Shown here: positions 48,751 through 62,048 of the stretch, piece by piece
Layout: every line of letters starts with the position of its first letter
Numbering within the stretch: the stretch's first letter is position 1
Source of the DNA: Malacoraja senta
Lineage: Eukaryota
Direction of reading: 5' to 3'
NCBI GenBank assembly: GCA_038087875.1
Contig: CM075990.1
Location: 14,696,001-14,760,000 of the forward strand
DNA: 64,000 nucleotides
Notes under the pieces: generated by a model
Databases searched by the model: none
Seen by the model: only the letters and a program-made list of their open reading frames with translations
Told to the model about the DNA's origin: nothing
Made by a program: the position numbers and the translations under genes

Positions 48751-49888
48751 AATTCTAAAATAATATTGAAGTACAATAATGGAATAACTGGACATGGTAG
48801 AGTTGAGAGTAAGAGTACATGACTGCAACTCCATAAACACTGAAGATAGACACAAAATGCTGGAGTAACTCGGGTGAGAGGTTGAACATGATGGTGAATA
48901 GTGGCCAGATGATTTCAGAACCCATCCAGAGACGTTATCTGGGTGCCAGCTTTCTGAGAGTTCACCCTTGTGAAAGCAGATCTGACTTTAGCCACCAAGA
49001 TATATGGGACAGATCCAGTGAGAAATGGGGAAGTGAGGGGGGGGGGGGGGGGGGAAGGAGGTGGGTGCACCTTGGTTTCAGCTTTGTTTGCCTGTTTAAA
49101 ATAGGCATAAAAGGCAATGAGCTCATCTGGGAGAGATGCAGTGTTGCCAGAGATCGCCTGACTTTAGCCTGTCGTCCGTTATTGTATTCAGCCCCTGTGT
49201 CCGTCTCCTGGGGAACGACCAAGCCTTCAACCCTATATCAGTTGTAGGAGAAATGTTTGAAACTATTTTGAAGGAAATTGTAACAGGACACTTAAAAGAT
49301 GATAATTAAACTGGATTGAATGAATTGATTTGTGATAGGGAAATCGTGTTTGACAGATTTGTTAGCTGTTAGAGTTAGATAGAGCTCTAGGGGCTAGTGG
49401 AGTCAAGGGATATGGGGAGGAGGCAGGCAGGGTTATTGATTGGGGACGATCAGCCATGATCAAAATGAATGGCGGTGCTGGCTCGATGGGCCGAATGGCC
49501 TCCTCCTTCACCTATTTTCTATGTTTCTTAATGTTATAACTAACAGAATGCATAAAGGTGAACCAATGGATTTGAATTATTTGGGCGTTCAGAAGACTTT
49601 TGAGAAGGAGCTGAAGAAAACTGGAGCAAGTGATTTTGGGGGTAGGATTAACAGATGAATATACAGAAAGAAAACAGTAGGAATAAGTAAATGTAGTCTA
49701 TGACTAATGGAGTTCTACATAGTATCAGGGCTGGAATCTCCGCTGTTCTAAATCTTGATCATTGATGGGGATGAGCAGACCTGCTGTAATATATCCTTGT
49801 CTGCTACAAAGCTGGTCAGTAGTGTGGTCCATGAGCAAGTTGCAAAGGGGCTGAAAGGGGAGGGGGCGGGGGATATGGATGAGATGTG

Positions 49889-50049
49889 CGTAGGAAAGAA
49901 CTGCAGATGCTGGTTTAAATCATTTAAATCGAAGGTAGACACAAAACTGTTCAGTCTGAAGAAGGGTCTTGACCCGAAACATCACCCATTCCTTCTCTCC
50001 AGAGATGCTGCCTATCCTGATGAGTTACTCCAGCATTTTGTGTCTACCT
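49889..50049. mobile_element. Penelope-derived element with 13-bp TSD
   Basis: TSD TGGATGAGATGTG at 49876-49888 and 50050-50062. Confidence 0.8.
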
Positions 50050-52265
50050 TGGATGAGATGTGGTTGGGACAAGTGATTGGGCAAGAGAATTAGCAGCTTC
50101 GAGGCAATCATGATCTTTACGAAGGAATTTTATGTCATTTTGGAGGGAATCTAGGAAGACCAAGGAAAAGCATTGGATCAAATGGTGTCACTGGTGACAT
50201 GCATTCTCACCTGTCGATATTTCTGCATTAATAATCCACTCGCCATATGTGTTCGCTGTGCACAGTGTTAGCAGCAAACTTGTCTTGGTACCATTTCTAC
50301 TTCAAATGAAGGCAAAGTAAAGGGATTGTTAAATAGTTTCAGATGTTTGTATTTGACTATCACTTTAAAATGTCCCTTCACGTTTCCATTAATTTGCAAA
50401 ATTCAAATCTTTCAGTTTGGTATTTGTTTTGGATTTACTAGTTAGCTTCAGTTATCTTGGAATACGAGAGTGGCAGTTAAGATTTTATTTTATGCTACTT
50501 GAAAGTGACTTTAAAAAGGGATATCCAGAGATTTTGATTTATGGTTGAGGAAATGACATAAAAATTGCTTTGTACATGCACCGATTCTGAGTCAGTCTTC
50601 ATTTTAAGATCAAGTGTTTGGAATAAAAACTAATACTACACTCACAGAAATCATCTTTGACTGAAATAGTTGTGCAAATTAAATTTATGACATGGAAAAT
50701 CAGTGGCAATTCATTTTCTTTTTCTAAGTATGTATCTTACATTCCAAGACTAATCGCATATTACTGACAAGGAGATTTACTGCCTTCGGATTCTCTGTAT
50801 TACATTAACAAAAAGCCACCAGTCTGAAAAACAGCTTATGATGTTTGACTAATTTTAAACAGGACCTGGTCAGATTTGCGAGGGGAACCATTTCTTTCTT
50901 TTGTGGGTTTTTTTTGGTGCCAGCTGTCAGAAATGGTCAGAATTAGACAAAAATAAATGGAGCCATTTCAAGAAACATGTCAGCGGTAGTAATTTCAGCC
51001 CTGACTTCAATTATCACTCACTAAAGTCAAACTAATTCAATACATTTGTGCCGTTGTTGAATTATCCTGATATCATCTTTCAAAAAATTTGTAACTCTGC
51101 AATTTAATATCTTATAATTGCCATATAATATATATTCTACACATTTAACTCTTGGAAATACAAGATTTATTTATTTATATTCTTCAGTGATTATAAGTGA
51201 CCAGGTTTGCTGATTATATTCCATCAACAAGGTGTTCACAGAGTTTATTTAATATATCTTGAATTTAAGGGGCATTTTCAACAGAGGAGTTTTTTTTCTG
51301 ACAGATTTAGCAATGAAACTTCAGGACTTGATAAATGGTCCATTGGAGCATTTTTGAAATTCCGTCAGTTTCAACCTGTTGTCATTTATCTTGTCAACTG
51401 TAATGGTACTAGACCATTAAATGTATGGGTTTCCATATGTATCATTAGGTTCAAAGATGAATAAGATTAATGTCTTTTGCTAATGTACAACTAAAGTATA
51501 ATACCAACTTGCAAAGTCCAAAGCTTTTAGTCTTGGTAACAATGAAGGCTAAATCCGGTCTCTATGAGCTCATGGCTAGCTTCCAGTTCTTGTCCCTTAT
51601 CATGCAAAACCGTCCTTTTGATTAATGGTAAGAGCATTTTTGAGGCATGGAACGTATTAGAAGTCCTTAGAAATGCCTCACCATTTTTTTAAAAACTTTC
51701 CTGGAAGTAAACCAAAAAGGTTAGGATTTGGACATGGAAGAAAGGAATTTCTTTACATCTCTGCTCTGTGGCTTGCTTCCCCTGGAAGTCTCCTGCACAG
51801 TTTCCCCTGGAGAACTAAGCCCAAGTGAAGACAGATATGTTGGGAAATGGGATGCAGTTATTGTGCCAAGACCGGGGAGATGGTCTTGGATCTTTTTAAT
51901 ATGGGGGCCTGAGAAAAATCTGCTAAAGTTGAGCTTTTTTTTTTTTCCTTCAGCAGCATTTCTCAAAGCTAAACTTTCACTGCCAAATAACTGTTTGCTG
52001 TATCTAATCATTGGTTAGTTTATTGGAGTTTGTATGATTCATTGGTATACTGTAGTTAGTGTATCTTTAAAAGTATTGCTCAAATACCCCCTACAATAAG
52101 AGCATCTCACCTGAAACACGTCATGTATCACTGGTTCAAACAATCGCTCTCTGATAACATGGTTACACTTAATCTACGTGTTATTTAAATCAAACAATAT
52201 CTGAAAATATTAAATTAATATTAAAACATTGAATTAGTATTTAACAACTCCCATAAAACTATCCA

Positions 52266-52408
52266 CGAAGAAGGGCTATCTCTGAAGAACGGATTCGGCC
52301 CGAAACGTTGCCTATTTCCTTCGCTCCATAGATGCTGCTGCACCCGCTGAGTTTCTCCAGCATTTTTGTCTACCTTCGATTTTCCAGCATCTGCAGTTCC
52401 TTCTTAAA
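52266..52408 (+). mobile_element. Penelope-derived short element (second subfamily) with 14-bp TSD
   Basis: CTGAAGAACGGATTCGGCCCGAAACGTTG core. TSD CATAAAACTATCCA at 52252-52265 and 52409-52422. Confidence 0.8.
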
Positions 52409-53619
52409 CATAAAACTATCCAATCAAGCTTTCCTCCTAAAACCAAGGTATTTCCCGTTCACAGCTTTTTACAAAGTGATTTTCTTAATTATTTCTGATT
52501 TTACTGCCTTCATATAGATTATTGTAAATAGATTTGAAGATAACATTTACAATATAATATAACAGAACTAAACTATTTTGACAAAAAACCCTTAATGTGG
52601 CAAATTTATTGTTCGAACAGGGAGTTTTGTTTTCAATGCTGTAAATTTAGTGTGGGATTTTTGTTTTAGTTTTGTTAATTGTCACGTGTACCGAGCTACA
52701 GTGAAAAGTGCAATTTTGGATAGGCCTGGATCATGTATGATGAATTCTGTCATGTGGGAGATGTGTACTGCATATGTTGTGGTTTTCATTCTGTTCTTCT
52801 GGGACGGCAACTCCCAAGTGTGTATTTAGCTTGCTGACAGAAAATGTTTAAATGGATTAACTGAAAATGCATCAATGAAAATTCCAGTAACACACACTTG
52901 GTGCAAATGAAGTTCCAGTGAAAGGAAAAATATAAAGAGGAAAAGCTGGAAACACTCAGCACATCAGATGCTGCCTGACCTGTTGAGTCTTTCTACCATT
53001 TTCTGCTTCCAGTTTAGATTTTCTGCATGTGAAGTTTTTTTTTTGATTTCCAGTGAAAAAATAATTTAACTTTATTGTGATGAAACACAGATTTTAACAA
53101 TGACTAAATTAAATTAACCATAAAGATCATGCTTGGATTGTAGACTAGTTTGTATTTACTCAAAATTATTTTCATTGGTTCGCTGTTTAAAGAAAATATG
53201 TCTGGGAGATTTATTTGATACAATGCAGTGTAAAAATACAGTGCAAAACTTGCATTTCATCTTTTGATTGTATCTTGCATAAACTTAAATGATGTCTGAA
53301 GGTATTTATCTGAACTGTTTTCCAAATAGACTGGGACTACAATTTTCCCAGAGTATTCTATGTTTGTCATTAATCCACTGTGTACCAATTTCCATGCTGA
53401 ATTAAAGCTGCTTAATGCAGTACAGCAGGATAATAATTTACTTTCAGTAAACTGTATTGGATCTTTCTCAACTATCAGGATAAATGGAATCCAAATGTAC
53501 ATGATCTGTTTGTGACAGTTTAAACCTTTGTTTAAACAGGAATGTTAGTTGATGCATCAATATTTGATAAGTTTGAACAGCAAAGATTATGTGTGTAGTA
53601 TATATATATATATATATAT

Positions 53620-53805
53620 ATTTGTGTACATATGTTTGTGTGTATATATATAATACATGAATATTACATATTATATTTAAATATTTAAATATTTATTATA
53701 AAGAGGGATATATATATGCCTCTTTATAATAAATATTTAAATATTTAAATATAATATGTAATATTCATGTATTATATATATACACACAAACATATGTACA
53801 CAAAT
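53620..53805. repeat. AT-rich palindrome, perfect 87-bp arms
   Basis: 53620-53706 is the exact reverse complement of 53719-53805; spacer GATATATATATG. Confidence 0.95.
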
Positions 53806-53843
53806 TCCTGCTCTTACCATATATTCTCTATATATAAAAATTT

Positions 53844-53913
53844 CAATATAAAATTTCAGTGACTACATATCTTATATATATATAAGATATGTAGTCACTG
53901 AAATTTTATATTG
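53844..53913. repeat. Perfect 70-bp palindrome centred on (TA)n
   Basis: CAATATAAAATTTCAGTGACTACATATCTTATATA|TATATAAGATATGTAGTCACTGAAATTTTATATTG. Confidence 0.95.
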
Positions 53914-54689
53914 GCCCTGAAGTTACAAAGTAATATTGTTCAAGAACACTGTGAAGTGCTATCAGAGAATTCAACTAAAAATCACCATGCAGCTGACACG
54001 TTTAAGGAACACCAACGTGAAACTGCAATTTCTGATTGATCCATATCTGGTAACTTTGGAATGGGTCTTTTGAAATTTCAAATTGTATCAAATAGATAAT
54101 TGTAAATCATCAAGCCATAAGGGATTAAACCGTGTCAGATTCCCACGCAGGAGTGTAGAGCATGGTCGCTGACATGTTCGAGGTAGAATGGGGAGAAAAA
54201 CCTAAAGAGACGTTTTGTGTATATAACATGTAGTTTGTCAGTGAGATATCAAGTTAGCTGACACATGGAATATATTTGGAAAATGTAAATTCACCTCGTG
54301 GGATAATACATGAAAAATATTGCTGTTTGATTTTTTAAATAATGGTTTAAAAATGTAAGTGGATGGAACTATTACGTGGCTATATGTAATGCAAAGTGCT
54401 TAAGAAAAACTGTTGCATTGATGACGATATTAAAAGTTTTCTAGTTTTTTTAAGGTACTGTGAACAACTTGTTTATCAATCTGTAAAATAAGATGAGGCA
54501 CCAGCAAGAGGGATATTTTGCTCTGGCCTTCAATGGATTTTGGAAAATCACAATATTATCGCATATTAATTATGTTAATTTTTATGACTTTTTTTCATGT
54601 GCTGCTTACAAACAGGAAGGTTCGATGAAATATATGCTACATGGGGCGATCCACAAGGTCTAATGCTAGTTTATACACATTATAGAGAC

Positions 54690-55045
54690 ATGTAGCATAG
54701 AAATGGGCCCTTCGGCTCAACTTGGACATGCTGGCCAAATGCCCCCTCTACACTTGCCCCATCTACACTTGCGTGTGTTGGTCCATATCCCTCTAAACCT
54801 TTCCTATCCATATACCTGTCCAAATGACTTTTAAATGTTGTTATTGGACCTGCTTCTCACTTGAAACCTACGTCCTCTGGTTCTTGATTCCACTACTCTG
54901 GATAAAAGATTCTGTGTATTCACCCTACTTTCCCCCTTCATTGTTTTATACACATCTGCAAGATAACCCCTCAGCTTCCTGCTCTCCTAGGAATAAAGTC
55001 ATCGCCAACCTCTCGTAGTAGCTCAGGGCCTCAAGTCCTGGCAGC
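54690..55045 (-). mobile_element. CR1 LINE 3' fragment, diverged
   Basis: ccatatccctctaaacctttcctatccat...cctctggttcttgattccc. Confidence 0.65.
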
Positions 55046-56447
55046 ATCTCTGGAGGTTAAGGAGAGGCGACATTTCTGGTTGGGACCCTTCTTCGGACTG
55101 AAAGCAGGGGGTGAGGGATGGGGAGGGGAGGGGAGGGGGCAATGAGCTGGAGGTGCAATAAGACCAGGAGAAATCAGGGCTGCAACAAGTAACCTCAGAC
55201 AGGGTGGTCCCCAGGTAGGCCAATTGTTGACCAGGGAAGATGTGATCTCAAGAGGGAGACAATGTCAAGAGATTTAATATATTCCATTTTTAGTTAATTT
55301 AATCCGTTAATTAAATTGTTTCATTTAATATTACTCTTATTCTGGTATGCATATTAAAACAAGTATAGCTGTATTTTAATCAGGATTTAAGGAAGGTTTT
55401 GTGCATTTGGGCAAGTTTGTAAGCTGGAATTCAGTGAGGGTGCAAGATCTACATTAAATGGTTTGCATTAGGTGGCTTAGAGGTTCATTTGCTGTTCGTA
55501 GGATGGAAATATCAAATATCGGGGCATAGTTTTAAGGTGTGAGGGGCAAGTTATTTAGCACAGAGGGTGGTGAGAGTTTGGAACACACTGCTGGAGGTGG
55601 TGAGGCATTTAAGGCACTTTTGGATAGGCATATGGATATGCAGGGAATGGAAGGATATGTGCAGGCAGATAACATTTGGTCTTGGCTTCATCTTGGGCCA
55701 AAGTCTGCTCCACAAACAACAGCCAGTTTGGGCTAAATGGTGGTGTTTCTGTGCTGTACTGTTCTATATATTACTCCGAGTCATACAGTCACACAGCATG
55801 GAAAGAGGCCCTTTGTCCCAACTAAGTCTACATTGAACGGCAGTACCAATTTACGCGAGTTTGATTTCATTATGCTGTTTATGTAATTTCATTTCTATAT
55901 TGTATAGGATATTCTGAGCTTGCAGTGGCTGGTAACTTTTCTCATGCTGCTGATGGGCAATATCGCAGAATATTACATATAATCTGAAGATTAATTTATT
56001 AGCTAACTACCCCAGTATACAATTTTAAGTGCAGTTCTCACTTGACAGTTTACACTAAAGGAAATGCAGCAGGACAGGAGTTTCAACAAAATGTAACGTG
56101 ACATTTGCAGGAAGTAATTTCGATATGCAATACCATTTACGTAACATCAGATAAACCCATTTAATTTCAGCAGTCATCTGTTTGTATGCCAAATCTGTTG
56201 TGGAATTTCAGCATTTTATACAATATTTTTTGGTTGATAAATTGGTAATTCAGTTCTGGCTTAAATATGTTTAAAGAGAAGAAAAACTGGAAGAGTATAT
56301 TGTGATCTTTGGACATAAATGTTGCCACATTTTGACCAGATGCCTGAAGTGGCAAAGTGAACTTGGAGTGGTTGAAGCTTCCATCAGAGGCTATGAGAGA
56401 GATTAGAGGGTTACACATGCCTTTCTTTAGCAGAGGCCCCTATGTAC

Positions 56448-56654
56448 TGTTTAAGAAGGAATGGCAGATGCTGGAAAATCGAAGGTAGACAAAAATGCTG
56501 GAGAAACTCAGCGGGTGCAGCAGCATCTATGGAGCGATGGCAATAGGCAACGTTTCGGGCCGTCTGAAGAAGGGTTTCGGCCCAAAAAGTTGCCTATTTC
56601 CTTCGCTCCATAGATGCTGCCTCACCCGCTGAGTTTCTCCAGCATTTTTGTCTC
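56448..56654. mobile_element. Penelope-derived hairpin element (second subfamily)
   Basis: Inverted arms around GTCTGAAGAAGGGTTTCGGCCC; degenerate TSD cccctatgtactgt / cccctgtatactgt. Confidence 0.8.
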
Positions 56655-56772
56655 CCCCTGTATACTGTGTACGCCAGAAGGCAGCTCTAAATCCCACATC
56701 TTGGTCCTGAGCAATTGCATCTCTGCCTGACGCGACCGCTCAGAGGCGTCTCTTGTACATCACCTTGGTGAT

Positions 56773-57541
56773 ACTGTGATAAATGGGGATACTGTGGATA
56801 GGGTGAGCTGTTTTAAATACCTGGGAGTCCACATCTCTGAGGATATGACATGGACATCACACGCTGCAGCACTGGTGAGTAAGGCAAGGCAGCGCCTTTA
56901 CCACCTCAGGCAATTGAGGAAATTCAGAGTGTCTCCGATGATCCTCCAGTGCTTTTACTCAGCGGCTGCGGAAAGCATCTTGTCCGGAAATATTACAATC
57001 TGGTTTGGGAATTGCTCTGCCCAGGACAAGAAGGCTCTGCAGAGAGTAGTGCGTTCGGCCGAACGCACAATGGAAACTACACTCGCCCCTCTGCAGGAAC
57101 TATACATCAGGAGATGCAACTCCAGAGCTAATAAGATCATGGGAGACCCCTTCCGCCCCTGCAACGGACTGTTCCTGCTGCTACGGTCAGGCAAACGCCT
57201 CCGTTGACATGCTGTGAGAACAGAGAGGTTGAGAAGGAGTTTCTTCCCAGAGGCCATTAGGACTGTAAACTCCTATCTCACCAGGGACTAACTTTACTGT
57301 ACCACTCTACTGTTTTTTAAAAATTGCTGTTTTTTCCCCCTATTTTTTTCCCCCCTTTTTCCTTCCGCCCACAATATTTAATATGTAAAAGAATATGTGA
57401 TTCTATTCTTCCATTCTGTTTGTAGTTTGTTTGTTTGTTTGTTTTTTTTGCTCAAAGTCCACGAGCATTGCCACTTTTCATTTCACTGCACATCTCGTAT
57501 GTGTATGTGACAAATAAACTTGACTTGACTTGACTTGACTT
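56773..57541 (+). mobile_element. Rex1/Babar LINE, 5'-truncated
   Basis: INGDTVDRVSCFKYLGVHISEDMTW...KARQRLYHLRQLRKF...ESILSGNITIWFGNC; AATAAA plus a (GACTT)n tail. Confidence 0.9.
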
Positions 57542-58248
57542 GGTGGTTCACTCCACAATAAGCTGCATTGTGCTCAGATTTTGCATGAAAGTCTTGCACC
57601 ATTCTGCTGTTTTGGATCTGCCTTTGTATTTATTGTGGCATTTATCATTACTCTATGCATACTGGTACTTTTATGAGTTTCAGATGAACAAGAGTTATAC
57701 ATTGCACCTTGTTGTATGTGAGGACAAACTAACTCAAGCTCCATTCCTCTCTGCTCTTACAAAGTTAAACTGACAATGTTTAGCACCACTTTTCACAAAT
57801 GTTGGTGGTAGGTTTGATATTACTCTCCTGAGCACCTTCTCACTCCATCACCAATGATGCACCTCTGCATTGCCAACTTATTCCAGTCCCTCCTCAGCTT
57901 GTTTGCTGCCAGTGCCCCCATTCTTATTTTTATGGCCAATGTTCTTGTTTAGCACCTTAAAACATTTTGGCTCTGCAAAAGTACTATTTAAACACAAGTT
58001 GTATTCATCCCAGGTTCAAAGCCTTTGAGTTGCATTCGTTAAGGTAGTTTACATAATCTTTTGCATCACGCAAGTCACATTTTCAAAAGGTTGCCAAGCT
58101 TTAGTAAAAATTAGTTATTTTTCCTTTGAGGAAAAAAGCTTGAATTCTATGAAAATGACACACTTCCAAATGAGATTTTCTGCAGTAATGTAGAAATCTG
58201 AATGAATCTGATGGCAATGCAATGTCACAGCTGTTTATTTTTAAGCTA

Positions 58249-58567
58249 GCAGCACGGTGGCGCAGCGATAGAGTTGCTGACTTACAGCGAATGCAGTGCC
58301 AGAGACCCCGGTTCGATCCCGACTACGGGTGCTGCCTGTACGGAGTTTGTACCTTCTCCCCGTGACCTGCGTGGGTTTTCTCTGAGATCTTTGGTTTCCT
58401 CCCACGCTCCAAAGACGTATAGGTATGTAGGTTAATTCACTTGGTGAATGTAAAAATTGTCCCTAGTGTGTGCAGGATAGTGTTAATATGCGGGGATCGC
58501 TGGTCGGCGCGGACCCGGTGGGCCGAAGGGCCTGTTTCCGCGCTGTATCTCTAAACTAAACAAAACT
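58249..58567 (+). mobile_element. HE1-like V-SINE, near full length
   Basis: A box, B box GGTTCGATCCC, V-domain core and (TAAAC)n tail. Confidence 0.9.
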
Positions 58568-59508
58568 CTGCACGGCAATAGTAAAAATTGTGCCATTTAC
58601 ATTTTAAATAGTAAGGATGAGTAAGGAACCTTCAAGGCCAAGTGGTCTTGCAAGTTTCCTGAATACTTTCTATAATGTACATAAATGATTAATGGAGTAT
58701 AATCATGTCCTGTTATTGTGACGTTACAAACCTATTACATAGGTAACATTAAGAAATAATTTTAATTGTGTTGATTAAATTATTAATGCCTTGGAAACAA
58801 GCTTTCATGTTTATTTTGAGCTGTTGAACAAACTGGCATTTGTATTGCAAACTTTGTCTTGGATTGGATTGATCAAATTGGAAATCTGGCCATTGCGTTT
58901 GGGAATAAAGTAATGTTGCACTGGATTCCAAACCTTTGGTGGACATAGCACATGCCAACTTTTATATTAATGGGAAAAATCCAATTGTTGCTTTTTATTT
59001 TTAAGGGACAAATAAGAAGTAGCTGCATATAGTAAACTATTGTGTTTATTCTGTAGACCTAAATGATTGACCAGTTGACTAAAGATGATGTGATATGACC
59101 TTAACTGATGTGGACAGCAAATCAAATGGGATGTAAATTATATAATCAGATATGCCAGTATTCTGCAGCAAAGACATATGATTTAGTTGGTGCAATTGTT
59201 CTGTACAGTACATGAGAGAAAGTAAACAGAATAATGAAGAAGGTCAAAGAAAACTGAGATGGTTGCATGGACTTGGAAAGTCGTAGTCATGGTGCTACAC
59301 ACCCCATATACAGGTCCTTTAGCCTAACTCATCCATGCTAATCTAATTTCTTAACCAAGTTAGTTATACTGGCCTAACCCATATCCCTCAAAGCCTTAGC
59401 TATTCATTTTCCTGTCAAAGTGTCTTTTAAATGTCATAATTGTACTTGCCTCTACTACTTCCCTCGGGTACCTCTGTTAAATCTTTCCCCTTAAACATAT
59501 GCCCTCTT

Positions 59509-59812
59509 GTTTAGTTTAGAGATACAATGTGGAACTGGGCCCTTCAGTCCACATCGACCTTTGATCACCAAAACGCTTGTTGTATGTTTTCCCACTTTCG
59601 CATCCAACACACTAGGGGCAATTTACAGTGGTCCAATCAACCTACAAACCAACACATCTTTGGGAGGTGGAAAGAAATTGGAGCACCTGGAGAAAACCCA
59701 TGCTGTCACAGGCAGAATGTAAAAACTCTACATAGACAGCACCCGTAGATGGGATTGAACCCGGGTCTCTGGTGCTATGAGGCAGCAGCTCTACCGCTGC
59801 GCCACTGTTCTA
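59509..59812 (-). mobile_element. HE1-like V-SINE
   Basis: Same family, reverse complement. Confidence 0.75.
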
Positions 59813-60839
59813 CCCTCGTTACAATTTTTGGTGTGGAGACATTGGAAAGGGCGCAGAGAAGATTTTCAAGAATGATAATAAAAATGTAAGCAAAGACTGG
59901 GTTTCTTCAGAGAAAAGGCAGCCTGGGGAGTGATCTAATGGAAGTCTTCAACGTTTACGAATGGTTTTGGAAGAGAAAATGATTGGAGAATAATTGTGGA
60001 AAAGAACAGAACTAAATCCCAATGCACTGGCTCAGATATTTAGATTTTAGTCACTGAATATCAATGTAATATCAATATAATTAAGAAATTTAACAGAGAA
60101 ATCATACAATTTTTTTTTTACCCAATGAATGGTAAGAAACTGGAACTTGCTATCACAGGGAAGAGGTTAAGCAAATAGTATAGCTCAGTGCTTATTTTTA
60201 GAGATGTAAATATGCCAGAATACATGTCATTCCTTGTTATTGGTGTCTATGACGGATTGTCATTCTATCTCTTTGAGGACCTGACCACCTTCATTAATTA
60301 ATACATTTTATTTTTAAACTTTAGTAATCGTTCTGTAATTTTAAAAAAATAATAAAAATTTGAAATGTAGTTGATTTTTTTTGCTGTCACAAAACCCCCC
60401 CCACACTGGTGTAGAAGCATTCTATGTATTTAAATACAGGGTGTGACATTATCGGCAAAGCCAGTATTTATTGTTCATCCTCGTTGGCCCTTGAACGGGG
60501 GAGTCATTTGACAATCGAGTGTGTTGAAGAGTTTGCAGTGACTTCAACCAGAGGGCAGGGCATGTGTAATCGAGCCCATTAGGACTCAATCAGTCAATTC
60601 TCAATCATCAAAGCAGCGAGTTGTACAAACCACAAGCCAAGAGGAGTGTGTGGTCAGAAACACTGTCAATGGGGATTTACTCATCCTTCCACAGATTACA
60701 TAAGGGGACCAGATGTATTATTACGAGTACGTGGTAGTTTCATGGTAACCATTACCAATAACTCATTAAAAGGGAAAGCATACATACTTAGCTTCTAAAA
60801 TGTAAATATACCAGTCAGTGCATGAGGTTTCAATGGTCC

Positions 60840-61175
60840 ATCATAAGGTCATGTGATGGGTGCAGAATTAGGCTATTTGGCCCATCAAGTCTACTCCACC
60901 ATTCAATCATGGCTGATCTATCTCTTCCTTCTAACCCCATTCTCCTGCCTTCTCCCCATAACCCCATAATCCAGAATCTATCTATCTCTGCCTTAAAAAT
61001 ATCTATCTCAGCCTTCTGTGGCAAAGAATTCCACAGATTCACCACCCTCTGACTAAATAAATTCCTCCTCCTCTCCTTCCTAAAGGAACGTCCTTTAATT
61101 CTATGACCTCTAGTTCTAGACTCTCCAACTAGTGGAAACATCCTCTCCACATCCACTCTATCCAAACCTTTCACC
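60840..61175 (-). mobile_element. CR1 LINE 3' fragment
   Basis: KGLDRVDVERMFPLVGESRTRGH...FSQRVVNLWNSLPQ. Confidence 0.85.
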
Positions 61176-61414
61176 GTCACGGTCTGCTAGTCTGGTAACC
61201 TTGCCATTGGCTCACCACATCCTTTAAGATCAATTTGACCCGATGAAGCTTCCCTTCACTCTATCTTTCTATCTGATCTATTTCAGAAACAATATTATCT
61301 TGCAAAGTTATCTTGGGAGTCTTCACATTAAGTTTTGCTCAGTCTTGTTCCTACAAAAAATCCTTTATCTTTTATGAGTTGGAGATATTAAATACATTTG
61401 GTGAATATATCTCT

Positions 61415-61642
61415 ATTTTTCACACAAAGGGTGGCTATATGGAATGAGCAGCCAGAGGAGGTCGTTGAGGCAGTCACGATCACAAAGTTTAAAAGACATT
61501 TTCATAGGTACATGGATAGGAAAGGTTTAGAAGGATATGGGCCAAACGCAGGCAGGTGGGACTAGTGTAGTGGGGCATCTTGGTGGGTGTGGGCAGGTTG
61601 GTCCAAGGGGCCTGTTTCCATGCTGTATAACTCTGTAACTAT
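61415..61642 (+). mobile_element. CR1 LINE 3' fragment
   Basis: tttttcacacaaagggtgg...ccagaggaggtcgttgaggc...gggcctgtttccatgctgta. Confidence 0.75.
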
Positions 61643-61752
61643 ATATCCTCTGAGTGTTACGTACCAAGCATATCAAAATCCTGCATTAAAATGCATCTTA
61701 ATCAGCAAAAACGCTGTATGAAGCAGAAGGCTTGCCTTCCTATAAGCCGGTT

Positions 61753-62048
61753 TTTAGTTTACTTTAGAGATACAGCATGGAAACAGGCCCTTCGGCCCAC
61801 CGAGTCACCACCAACCAACGTTCCCTGCACATTAACACTATCCTTCACACACGAGGGACGATTTACAATTTTACCAAAGCCAATTAACCCACAAACCTGT
61901 ACACTTTTGGAGTGTGGGAGGAAACCGGAAAAAAACCCACGCGGTTACGGGGAGAAAGTACAAACTCCATACAGACAGCACTGGTAGTCAGAATCAAACC
62001 TGAGTCTCTGGTGCTTCAAGCGCTGTAAGGCAGCAATTCTTAACGCTA
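61753..62048 (-). mobile_element. HE1-like V-SINE
   Basis: Same family, reverse complement. Confidence 0.8.

Noticed and set aside
48840..49245. 121-aa and 86-aa ORFs after a Penelope-derived stub
   Set aside because: Low-complexity G run, no recognisable protein or splice structure; lies among old CR1 remnants.
51721..52018. Overlapping 96-aa ORFs on both strands as exons
   Set aside because: No similarity to LRMDA exon 3 or any protein I recognise; they include a poly-T/poly-A run.
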